Source of the DNA: Nemertoderma westbladi
Taxonomy: Eukaryota > Animalia > Xenacoelomorpha
Assembly: GCA_032718475.1 (NCBI GenBank)
Contig: JAUCBJ010008095.1
Location: forward strand, 1-64,000
Length of the DNA stretch: 64,000 nucleotides
Direction: 5' to 3'
Below the pieces are notes generated by a model. That model did no database searches and was not told where the DNA came from. It was given only the letters and a program-made list of their open reading frames with translations. A program made the translations under genes and the position numbers. Shown one piece after another: positions 36,329-48,581 of this stretch (position 1 is the stretch's first letter; every line of letters begins with the position of its first letter).

Positions 36329-37524
36329 TGTAAAAGCTTTTGTGGGATAACTGGTTCGTTTGCCTTGCTGGCCAGTTCCCCCCGGTCGCTAGAATACTCT
36401 AAAAGGGATCTATAGCTAAAATAGTGCAAGCTACCAGCTTATTGGCTGATTTGCTGTACGAAGGTATCTGGGCTCCGTTTAATCGGCCAACCAGCCTAGG
36501 AAAGTTGCGTCATAGCCCTGTTTCTGTATCTGCCAATAGAATTTGAGTTGGCGTTGATTTTGACCTATCCCAGAGCTACTGAACTGAATTTCCTATCTGT
36601 ATGCTCATCCTCTGTGTTGGACGGGAGCTTCGTGGAATAAGGGTAGTTGGTATCCTCGTATAGGGTAGTAGTCATATGATTCTGTTGTTGTGTTCCCATT
36701 TTTTCGCCATAACACCGGCTTTTGGAACAACTCTAGCAAAAACTGCTTAGATTATAGAAAAGTATAACTGTTACCGGCGGTGTTACCTCACTTGATTTAA
36801 CGGCACGGCACGGACTTTAATTACTAATCATATTGTTTGTACTGCTATTTACCGTCAGTTATTAATTGTATCGATTTGTTGATGAAATATTGTCATTTGG
36901 AGAATATTGATAAATCACCCAAATTTCCCAATTTTCTTGATACACTACAGGTTAGAGAGACAGGCTATATATAACAATTGCGATTTATATCAATGTGGTG
37001 TGTATTGAATCTAATGTTATTTAGTAGACACTACCTGAGTCAATTGCTGTTCTCTTTATGTGTGATCAAATATACTGACGGTCGGCAGAATAGTGTGCAT
37101 GATTGTGAGTGTGACTGGTAACAAAGCATTTCCTAAAGAATGCGCCTTATACTTTAATCATAAGCCTTATCGTTGCGTTTAGTATAAGTCCTAGCTCTGT
37201 TTAAATAGATAGAGCGCCACATCCTAAAGGAACTGTTAATATTTCCCGAAAGTTAATAATATCTGTCAGGAATTACATATTAGCGATCAATCGAATAATA
37301 CAGTAGGCTTACACTGCAACCTTACACTGCAATAATAAAATCTAAGCATCCGAATTCAGCCTCCCGGGTGTATCCATCGGGTGAATGATCGCGCATGGGC
37401 TGGCTTCGGCTAATGTTTGTTTATTAGCATAAAATATTGTCGTATGCTAAAGGTGTGTTAATTAACTAAAAGACATATAAATTTTGGCAGGTTAAACTGC
37501 TAAAGGTCTTCAAAAGCGCGAACA
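36329..37524 (+). repeat. BEL-D 5' LTR (1196 bp)
   Basis: TGTAAAAGC...AAAAGCGCGAACA; only a few differences from 56397-57594. Confidence 0.95.
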
Positions 37525-37536
37525 GTAACAGTTATA
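37525..37536 (+). promoter_or_regulatory. Non-tRNA primer-binding position of BEL-D (GTAACAGTTATA)
   Basis: Directly follows the LTR; exact reverse complement TATAACTGTTAC at 36763-36774. Confidence 0.7.
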
Positions 37537-37849
37537 AGTCTTATTGCAGTAAGCAATAAGGTTGCAAAATACCGTAGTGACCGGTAAACCTGAACCGGTA
37601 CTTCTGTAGGTCAGTAGGCCTAACTGTCATCACCGGTACCGGTACTGCTGTACAAGTACATTTAGTATTATTCGATTTTGATTATTGTATACCGGTAGGC
37701 TGTTTAAGAGATTAGGGACTGTACACCCCTTGTTTCTTTTGGAGCTTACTTATTTCTGTCAGTTTTATTTATTTGTAGGCCAGTATTGAGCAGAAGGCGT
37801 GTAAGCTTGTTCAGTCTATACAGACAATTGGTAGGTCAGACTGTTGTCG

Positions 37850-38400
37850 GATTGTTGTTGAGTCTGGAGAGATTGCGGCGTGTGTAGAGTTTGTCTGATA
37901 AAGTGCCGTTAGTAAGTTGGGGCAGCCATATGCTGTAAGGTCAATCCCCTCTTAAAGAATAAGTCGTACTACCGTGTTAGAACGCATACTAACTAACAGT
38001 TTCAGAATCTGCATATACTGTAGTTTATTTAGGCTTGATCGTGGTCTGCCAGCATTTTGGCCTGTGTTTGTTTGTGTAGTCTGTTCAGGTACCGTAATAG
38101 TTATTACTCAAATATTTTGTAGGCTGGATTGTTGTCTAGCTATTCTTAGGTCTGAAGGGATTGCTGCGTGTGTAGAGTAAGTCTGATAAAGTGCCAGTTA
38201 GTAAGTTGGGGCAGCCATATGCTGTAAGGTCAATCCCCTCTTAAAGAATAAGTCGTACTACCGTGTTAGAACGCATACTAACTAACAGTTTCAGAATCTG
38301 CACATACTGTAGTTTGTTTAGGCTTGATAGTAGTCTGCCAGCGTTTGGTTTGTATTTTTGCTTGAGTATTCTGTACGGGTAGCGTAATATTTATTATTCA
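37850..38400 (+). repeat. ~289-bp tandem duplication in BEL-D leader
   Basis: GCTGTAAGGTCAATCCCCTC at 37932 and 38221 with long shared flanks. Confidence 0.85.
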
Positions 38401-39696
38401 GAGTTTATGCGATTATTCGCAACATTCATGTCCCCAAGTTTATTCCTACAGTAATTGTGCTTGTTACACATACCGTTATAGTTAAATTAACCCCGGTACT
38501 ACACGGGCTGCTTGGCGTAGGTAAAGACTGGTGACTTTGTGCTTCGGTCACTCCAGCAGATGCCGTGGTTCTTTTAACTGTTCAAGTATATTTAACTGCT
38601 AGTTATCTGTTTTAAATAAGTACTTGTACCTAATTTAGGGTTTAGTGTACAGTGCTTTCCGAAAGTAATTAGTGTGTAGGCAGTATATTTGTGTTGTAAA
38701 GTGGTTAATAGGCACGCTGGATCTGGTAGTCCGCGGTAATTAACTTCTAGGTAGGAACACTCCGTGATACATAACGTAGTACCTATAGCGATACGGCTAT
38801 AGGTCGTCAGGCGGTGGTATTTTCCTATCTGGACAACGCAGTATATTTACTACTACTTATTATTTTAAATACCGTAGTACCCTGTCAGTTGTAATAACCA
38901 GAATTCTAACCCTTTGTTAGGCTGGTTTGTAGACTTCCTGTAAAATTACCCTAAAAATTTCGTACGTAATATTTTGTTGTGTTTAATTAGAGAATTAATC
39001 TCACCCGTATCGTAAGTAATTAGTAGGAATAAGTAACTTAGGTAAATTAGAATTATCTGTTTTAGTGTCTCAATAAGTAGCACTTCACTGAGAGCGCACA
39101 GCTTCTGTGTAGTGACTCCCCCAGAAATAATAACATTTATTTCAAATATTGACAAAACCCCTTTTAAACGGGTATATATCTATTATAAATCAACTCAAAC
39201 GATTTATAAATAGTAGGCCTGTCATACAACAACTAGGTCTCAATATCAGTTGGACTACTGCTTAAATAACGGTAATAAAGTAAGTTAAAGTAACCAAGTA
39301 ACCCTAAAAATATTCAGAAATTCAATTATTTAAAATAATTGACATACCGGTATTTACCATAGGCTTATTATATTTATTTCTATAAATTTGAGCTGAAATC
39401 ATACCGGTACTCTGTAATTAATTCTAGTCCATAATTATACTTATATATACTATAAGTGTAAGCTGTATACTGGTATTCACGATAGGCCTATTATATATTT
39501 ATATATATTTGTGCTAAAATTATATACCGGTACTCTGTGACAAACCTAGTTTACAATACTTATATATACTATAAGTGTATACCGGTATTCTAATATACTG
39601 TAATCAATTAACGGTACTAGGCCAACGGTTATACTGAATTACTAGACTTGCTTTAACTGAAACTATAGCAGTAGACATTCAACTGTATAGCTAAAC

Positions 39697-42600
39697 ATGT
39701 CTGACACTCAGCAAAACCTGTCAGACAGTCTGATCGATACAACCATCTGTGACACAGATAGGAGTGTGGAGCGATTAAGAAAGGAGTTCAGCTCACCTCC
39801 TACTGCAAGAAAGGTCATCCCTCCAGTAGTATCAGACCCTAGGCTAATCCACCATAGGTCCATCATAGGCACTCGGGCACAGGTCAAACGGAACCAAGAG
39901 GCAGTTGTCCTATCGCAGCAACATCTTGGTCAAGAACCTACTTCCCAGCGACCCGATAGCTCCAGTAGTTCGGATACTGTAGAGCTGACCCCCGAACGCG
40001 GAGTGCAGATGGCTGCTACAGTCTACTCGGACCCCCTTCTCACCCTTCCTGCTGCAGTGCTAACTACTATATTCATTGCGGTGGAGGAACATCAAGCCGA
40101 CTGGGCGAGAAATAAGCGAGCGACCCAAGATAATTATGCGGGATACGCCAGGGAAGAATTGATGTCTATTGTCGAGTCACAATGGAACTTTCCCGAACTC
40201 GGACTCCCGTTGGATCTGTCCGAGGCTACTTGGGAAGATATACACAGGATGGGAGTGGCTAAAGATACAATGGATCCAGCTGTTTGGAAGAGGTCGGCAG
40301 CAGGATATGTGCAGGGATTCTTCGGCTCCTTGGAGCGATTGGAAGAACAACTGTTTCGACAACCCCAAGGACCTCAAGAGCAGGAAGAGCTGCTATACCA
40401 AGTACGCGAAAGAACCCTACGTATTCGACTAATCCTATCAGCCTTTGAGGAAACTTCCAAAAGAAGACAGGACACGTCACTGCAGGTTGCTGTCAAAACT
40501 TGGTTCCATCGGGTAGGTCTCAAAGTACAGGAAACGGCCCAGTGGAAATCCCAGCTGGGTGAGAGATCAACCTATGAAGAACAAACTGATGCCACCCTTT
40601 CTCAAGCGGAAAGCGAAGAGACCGCCGAGAAACCGCGAACTAGAGACGCTATCGACATTTATCTGTCCGACTATCAGCGATTCCTAGGAGACGAAGAGTT
40701 GAGGAGACGGCTGTCTGGACTTTCCCCTAATAGTGAAGGAACCAAGCTTGTGTTGGACTCAATCGATGCCGAAATGTTAGCTGCAAACCAAGCTGAATTT
40801 GATGAAAAACTCCGCCTCACTAGAGTCCGAGAAGAACAAGTAAAGAAAGAACGGATAGAGAAAAGAAAGGTGGCAGCAGCAGCGGCGGCAGAAGCAGAAG
40901 CCGAAAGAAAAGCGGCAGAAGCAGAAGCCGAAAGAAAGGCGGCAGAAGCAGAAGCCGAAAGAAAGGCGGCAGAAGCAGAAGCCGAAAGAAAGGCGGCAGA
41001 AGCAGAAGCCGAAAGAAAGGCGGCAGAAGCAGAAGCCGAAAGAAAGGCGGCAAAAGCAGAAGCCGAAAGAAAGGCGGCAGAAGCAGAAGCAGAAAGAAAA
41101 GCAGCAGTGGCAGAAGCAGAACGGAGAGCTTCTGAGGAGACTATCCAACTGGAGTTGGAAAATCTGCAAGAGACGCAAGACAGTATAAATAAACAGTTTA
41201 CTGCTAATCAAATGCAGATGATGAGAAAATCTACTCCCAAGCGCCAGGGATACACATCCTCGGAGGAAGGCGAGACCACCGATCCTGAAGGCAGAGGAAA
41301 TAGATCTCATCTAAGTAGGCGTAGAAAAACATCTTACCGTCGCAAATTGCCTGATTTGCCCCCAGCTGTTAGAAGACAGCTAGCTAGCACAGACTTGAGT
41401 AGTATAGAACCTACAGCCCAAAGTATTAAGGTCAAAAGACTCCCTACAATAGTTGATGAGCCTGAAATAATTAGGCCTGTCGTTCCCAAAGTCACTTCTG
41501 TGTTAGAGACCCCTGTACTTCCAGAGCTTAACTCTAAATTCCCTTTACATAGTACTACACTGCCTGTACCCGGTAGAACAGTCCAAGAGAATATCCCTGT
41601 CCGGATAGCAGAGAGAGAAATCAAAGATTTGTCTCCCGTCGTCCCGCGTCAGCCCGCTACTATGTTGGCGACTCCCGCTTCGGCGGTCGAGTGGGTAGAA
41701 GAGGGACGGCGGGGGATGAATCTCCTGCTAGGACAGATGCAGGAGACTGTCCACCAACTTAAGGGAACAGTGAGGGAAGGTAGAGCAGAGTTGCAAGAAG
41801 TGCAGCAAAGTATCGCACTAGAACGCGACAAATTAGTCAATATCCAAAAGGGCATACCAATACCCCCTGTAACATTGTGTCAACCTGTTAGGTCTGAAGT
41901 ACTACATGCGCAAGGTGTGGAGCCTACACGCATCTATACTGCTAGTAAAGTAGAAACTCCTATAGCAAACCCTATTGAGGGTGATTATACGCCTGTTGCT
42001 AATGATATTCCCTATAGACCTGATAATAATCCGAGAAATTTATATACCGATAATTCGATATTAAATAATACGATGGCCCAAGAAAGCTTTACACGTCAGA
42101 TGGCCAGAACAGAAGCCCGCCAGGCTGTTAAAGTGGGAGAAATCGTCAAATTCAATGGAGATGAGATGAAATGGTTACCGTTTAATGAATATTACGAAGA
42201 TAGCATACAGAACTCTGTACTATCTAGCGGAGAGAAATTGAGATTCCTCATCAAATGTTTGGAAGGACCTCCCAAGTTAATGGCGTTGAAGTTTATTGGA
42301 CATCCAAATGGATTAAGACAAGTTTGGGATACATTAAACACCAGGTATGGTAATAAGGATAACATCGCTAAGTATTTGTATGCAAAACTAGTAGCCCCCC
42401 GCAAGTTCCTCAGTAACGAGATTATAGAGTTTTCCGATGAGATTCAAGAGATCTGCCGACAATTGCATTGGTTAGGTAAGTCTCATGAATATCAGAGTTC
42501 TATGGTTATTGGAGCCATAGTCTCTACTTTGCCAAAGGGTGGAGTATGTACTCGCTGGGATAAGAAGGTATTGTATATGAATGAGCAGCAACGACGAAGC

Positions 42601-45600
42601 CCTACCATGGCTGATCTCATGTCCTTCTTAGATGGTGAAGTAAAACTACAACTCATCAAGCAGTCCAGAGAGAAAACATCGGAAAATAAGGTGAGTGAGA
42701 AACCCATTTCTAGGAGAAGAGTAACACCTGTGTGTTATACTGATGACTGCGAAAGCCAAGCTTCTCAAGAGGAAGACAGCGGGAAAGACACCGAGAAATT
42801 TTACTATATTAACAAGACCTCAAAGGACGTAAGTAAACCTAAAGCTCGAACCCATGACAGAAGAGAACAGGTTAGTAAGACTCCTCCTCAGTCTCCTAGC
42901 AGAGTACACGGAAGAAAGCCCGAAGAAAGAACGAGAGTGCATAACGTTACCCAAGGTAAAGTGAGTAACATTAAACCAAACTGTGTGCTGTGCGACGGGC
43001 CCCACCGTTTGAGTGCGTGTGCTGAGTTCCTTAAGAAATCCCTAGTAGCCAGACGAGAGGTTGTGTGGGATAAGCGGTTATGCTATAATTGCCTCAGACC
43101 AGGACACCAACGGCGAACCTGTTACTCCGACATAAAGTGTGCAAAGTGCGGTACGCAACATCACGTCTTGTTACATAGCGAATTCGAACGAAACCACCTG
43201 AGTCAGGTAAGTGAGCCCGAATTACATGTCCAGTTCAGTGATGTGAACGACACTGACCAAGGTTCTGAGTGGGAAGGATTCTATACAGACGAATTCTCCG
43301 ATGCCAACGAATCCTGTTATCTAATAAATACCACAGTGTATCGAGCACTTACGTATGAAAAGGACACTGACGAGTTTACTCCAACTCCTTTTGACAAACA
43401 ACCATCTTGGAAAGTTCCAACTTCCAACATAGGAATAAGAGAATTTCCTGTAGTGCAAGTGAGAGTTCATGGTCTCAACAAGAGTTACATAGTGAACGCC
43501 CTACTTGACTCCGGCAGCACAGGAACATTCATCGATCAAGAACTAGCCGAAGATATCTTTGCTGGACAACCCAAGTTCCGGACTGAATTGAATATGTCAG
43601 GAATTATGCAGGTTTGGAAATCTACCCTAACGGCAGATTACTATGTAGGTGTGTTGTCCACCCCCCAGGATAAGTTAGGAACACAAGGTATAAGGTCAGT
43701 AAAAATGGTGGCTATAAAGAACTTTGCTACTACTCAAGCAGACCTTTATAATTGGGACGAGGATGAGAGCATCCAACATCTTAAGATACCTCGATTCCAG
43801 ACAGATTATCCTGGAGTGCAAATACTCATCGGCCAAAACGCGCACGAGGCGCTCGAAACATTAGAGAAACGGCCTGCTCAACCACAGCCACTGCAAACCT
43901 ATGCGGTAAGAACTAGAGTAGGTTGGTACTTTACTGGCCCTTCCCGTAGAACTCTCGAAGAGAGAATGCCACACGAACAAATATATCAAGTAAACGATTG
44001 GGAAGTGGAAAGCAGTGAGGTGGACGAACTAACTGAAGGAACACCATACTCCTCAGATAATGACGACATCTACCAACTCTTCGATGAAGAGAACACAATG
44101 GACCTACTTACCGAAAACCAAACTTGGAAAAATCAGGTGAATCTATGTCAACTGATTCGCCCATTGGAACCCATTGCTTACAATGACGAACTAAACGATG
44201 AGATAGAGCGCTACAACGCTAGAACTCGGGACGAACTAGCCGTACGATTCTTTACCCAAGAATTGGTAGAACCCAATTCATACGACAAAGCCCTGTCGAT
44301 AGAAGAAGAAAGAGCCAAGCAAATCCAGGAAACAACCACACGTTTTTTAAAAGATCAAGGTAGATATGAAATCGGACTACCCTTCCGAAAACGGGAACCT
44401 AGATTTATAAATAACAGACCCTTGGCTGAGAAAAGAATCAATCAATTACATCGACGTCTTACGGCAAATGCTTCAGCTAAGGAAATGTACCAAACTCAGT
44501 TGAAGAAATTTATCACAAAGGGATATGCGGAGCGAGTACCGGAAGGAACTCCAATAACTGAAAGAACTTATTATCTAATACATCATTACGTTCCCAAACC
44601 CGGTAAACCCCATGAAGTACGGGTCGTATTTGATGGCTCCGCCCTATATATGGGCCAATCCCTCAATTCCGAGTTGTTACCAGGACCCAACTTGCTCCAA
44701 TCTTTGTTGGGAATACTTTTAAGATTAAGACAATATTCCATCGCGTTCGCCTCCGATATAGAAGGAATGTTCTTACAAGTCAAGGCGTTGGATCGTGATA
44801 GAGACAGCCTAAGATTCCTGTGGTGGCCTGAAGGAGATCTCAACCAGAAACCGGTAGAGTACTGGATGACCATCCAGGCTTTTGGGATTATATCAAGCCC
44901 TTCAAACGCCTGCTCAGTGGTTCGTACCACTGCGGATGACAACCGGGATGCCTTCTCCAAAGAGGTGATAGATAACATCAAACGAGACATATACATGGAC
45001 GACAATTTAAAGTCCCTTCCATCAGTAAAAGAAGCCATTGATGTCGCGAAAGGAACGGTTGAGTGTTTGAAAAGAGGTGGATTTCGATTGACGAAGTTCA
45101 CCAGCAACTCCCATGAGTTTCTGGAAGCAATATCTGTAGAAGACCGGGGATCAAAAGACCTCGACTTAATACATGACGATCTTCCGGAAACCAAGACGCT
45201 TGGCTTGAAGTGGGACACAGAAAGAGATATCCTGTTTTTTCAGCTAAAACAGCGAGATAATCCAGTTCGGACCAAACGGATTTGTTTAAGTATTCTGAGC
45301 ACTTATTTCGATCCCTTGGGATTTATTAGCCCAGTTATATTGATTGCTCGGAGTTTAGTACAACAAATGTGGCTTGAAAACCACTCGTGGGACGATCCAC
45401 TCAAGGGAGAACTATTAAAGAAATGGATGAAATGGGAGGACTCGCTACCTGCCATCAAGAACTTTATAATTTCCCGTTCATATTTTGGTCATGTTCTCCC
45501 TACGTATTCCTATCAACTCCATGTATTTGGAGATGCCAGCGATATGGGAATCGGTATAGTAGCATACCTGCGAGTCGAAACTCCGGATGGAATCAAAGTT

Positions 45601-47877
45601 GCCTTGGTTACCTCTAAGGCATTGATTAACAACAAGCTTAAGGTTCCTCGGGCGGAGTTAAAAGCAGCTTTATACGCTACAGCTATCGGCCGGAATGTAA
45701 CAGAACAGATCGATTATCCACTGGAGAAAACTGTTTATTGGACCGACGCTTTACTTGTGTTGGAATATATAACGAATGAAGTCTGTCAGTTCAGCGTCTT
45801 TGTTACTAACAGAGTGGCCATTATTCTTAGTCGCACAACGATAGATTAATGGAGACACTGCCCTGGTACGATTAATCCAGCTGACATCGCCTCCAGAGGA
45901 GCCACTCCACAGGAACTGATAGATACTCCAGACTGGTTGGGTGGACCCGACTTCCTGAGCAAGGAAGAAGATGAATGGCCTCCTCACCTTACTACGGCAG
46001 AGATCAGACAAGCCAAGGGAGCGGAAAAGGTCAAACCTAAAACCCGAGCGAGCAAGTCGAAGTTATTTAAACCGATGATCGATCTATCTGTATTACATGC
46101 TTCCGGAAATGATGCTTCAGATCCACAATCCCTCGTCACGAACAAGTCTGTTGTGGAAATTAAGGATAGAGATTGGAAATCTGGAATACCAGACGTCTCG
46201 CAAGGAATCTCACCCCTGCTGCAGCAAGCAATACATCATTACAGTTCCTGGAATCGGCTCTGTAAGGCCGTCGCATATTTAAAGCGATGTTTTCATCATC
46301 GTTATTCCAGGACGAAGACCACTAATGATACTGCTCCATTAACATCGGTCCAAGTTCATGCTATTAAAGATTTACCTAAATATAAAATACCCGATCGGTT
46401 TCTAAAAGAAAAGATCAGTTACCAGGAGCATGAAGAAGCCAATAAACAGATACTGCGACTCCTGCAATGCTACGAGGATTCCGATAAGTATTTCCTGTTG
46501 TTAAGAAATCCACAGATGCGCTTAAGGGATCGCTTCTCTAGCACAATGATAGATGGGTTAATACGTGTTGGAGGAAGGCTAACTAATGCGCCATTATCTT
46601 TTGACACTAAATTCCCCATACTCATTAGGAATTTTGAAGTACAAGTCAAGATGATTGTAGATGTTCACAGTAAACTTTATCATGCTGGTAGAGAACGAGT
46701 TCTTAGCGAAATTCGAACTCGCTATTATTTCTATAAACCACGTAGAGCTCTGAACCAAGTTCTTAGGAACTGCATACCCTGTAGGAAAGCATTCAGTAGG
46801 CCTTTAACACAGCGAGAGGCAGAATTACCTAGGGAACGAGTAAGCTTTTATGAACCACCCTTCACTAATACTGGTGTAGATTTATTTGGCCCTATTGAAG
46901 TATATCGCGCTAGGACTATAGTCAAGAGATGGTGTGTCATCTTCGTATGTATGACTTGCAGAGCCATCCATCTTGATATGGTGAACGATCTATCTACTAA
47001 CAGCTTCGTCTTAAGTTTACGACGACAGATCGCTCGCTTCGGAACTAGTAATACCATGCGATCGGACAAGGGAACGAACTTCATTGGTGCCAACAACGAA
47101 ATTCAGGCTTACGTAAAGGACTGGAATCAAAGACAGGTGGACGACCAGCTACGGATAACAGCGTCTAGCTGGACCTTTAACGCCGCCGACGCCCCTTGGT
47201 GGGGAGGAAGTTGGGAGAGATTAATTCGAAGTGTCAAAACCGCATTTCACTTTATAGTGCCGTGCCGCGCATATCTCACTGACGAACTTCTGCGGACGTT
47301 AATGGAGGAAATCGCTGCCTATCTTAACGAGAGACCGCTTATGCCAGTCTCATCGAGTCCCGACTCCCTGGAAGCGCTAACACCCGCTCACTTCCTACTT
47401 AAGAAACCTGTAGCCATGCTCCCACAATCCGAGATTGCCGACGGAGATGAATACTGCCGTCGAACTTGGCAGCTTATGCAGTTGCTATCCCGTCGTTTCG
47501 CTGACCATTTTGAGAAACATTATCTGCCCACGCTACAACTTCGAACTAAGTGGTTTGCGCAGCAGGAAAATGTCAGCGCCGGAGACATGGTGCTTATTGT
47601 AGATCCGGACCTTCCACGCAGACGGTGGCAGACAGGTCGTATCATTGAGACGCACATCTCGGAGGATGGTTTAGTGCGCTCAGTAGAACTCGTCATCATG
47701 CGGCGTAACTTCAAGAAACCTGGCATAATCTTTGAGACGCAACAACTCAATCGCCCAGTTGGTCGTTTATGTTTGCTGGAAAGAGACCGGGAACTCTCTG
47801 GAAACTATGGAAGGCAAGAAACTCTTCCCACGACCACCTCCCTAATCCCTCAAACATCTAGGGGCTCCTCAACGTAG
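39697..47877 (+). pseudogene. BEL-D gag-pol polyprotein (2726 codons) with a single nonsense codon at 45847-45849
   Basis: ORFs 39697-45849 and 45937-47877 share a frame; TAA replaces the CAA (Q) of BEL-B DQWRHCPG. Knuckles, DSGS, YMDD, DAS, HHCC and DDE motifs all present. Confidence 0.95.
40884..41125 (+). repeat. 27-bp coding repeat (AAEAEAERK)n in Gag
   Basis: About 9 copies of GCGGCAGAAGCAGAAGCCGAAAGAAAG; a variant array in BEL-B at ~18060-18295. Confidence 0.9.
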
Positions 47878-48581
47878 TACGTCTGGAGTGGGTGTATGTC
47901 TATATTATTTTATTTATTTTATTACATTTTATATGTAAATATTATTATGTACGTTATTATAATCGTTTTATTTAATTTTATTTAGTAGAATGTTATTTAG
48001 ATTATTTAGTAGATTAGTGCAATATATTAGTGTGTATTACGTAATTACATAATATATCTAGTGTGACGGCGAGAAATAATTATTTTCTCTTTCCTTACTG
48101 TCCGTATTATATTATAAATGCGAGACTATAGTAAGATGACATGTCAGTACTTATTAAAGTACAATAAAGCCACTACTATATTTAAGTATTATTGGTAGGC
48201 AGAGTATTAGGAATGCAAAGTTCAGATCCTCGTGTCTCGGCTAAACCAAGCTCTGGGTAGACCTTGGAAACGACTTGCCTCTTCACACTGACATTGCTTC
48301 GTGCGATATTGCTCTTCTACCTTATAACAAATAATACATATAGTAGCGTGATATCCCTCTAACAGTAGCGTAAATCGCAAATAAATCTGTTAAACTTTTT
48401 GACCATCTGTAATTCTAGTCGATTAAGATATCGTGGCACCCACCGATATACTTGAAAGACAAATTCTAGAATCAGTGGTTAACGTCCCCAGACAAGTTCT
48501 GGAATAAATCGGTGCCCATCTTAAATATTAATTTAATATTTATTAAAATCTGTAAAATTCCGATCCTTTAAAATTTCTAGT

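Noticed and set aside
36329-36429. N-terminus of ORF 34429-36429
   Set aside because: These codons come from the antisense BEL-D LTR fused to BEL-C pol at the 36328 junction.
45847-45849. Programmed stop read-through between two genes
   Set aside because: Lies inside the RNase H region, and BEL-B has CAA here; a simple C>T nonsense change or base error.
47885-47895. GGAGTGGGTGT after the pol stop as the start of a 3' LTR
   Set aside because: PPT-like and conserved in BEL-B, but the following sequence does not match the LTR; the true LTR starts at 56397. A vestigial PPT cannot be shown.
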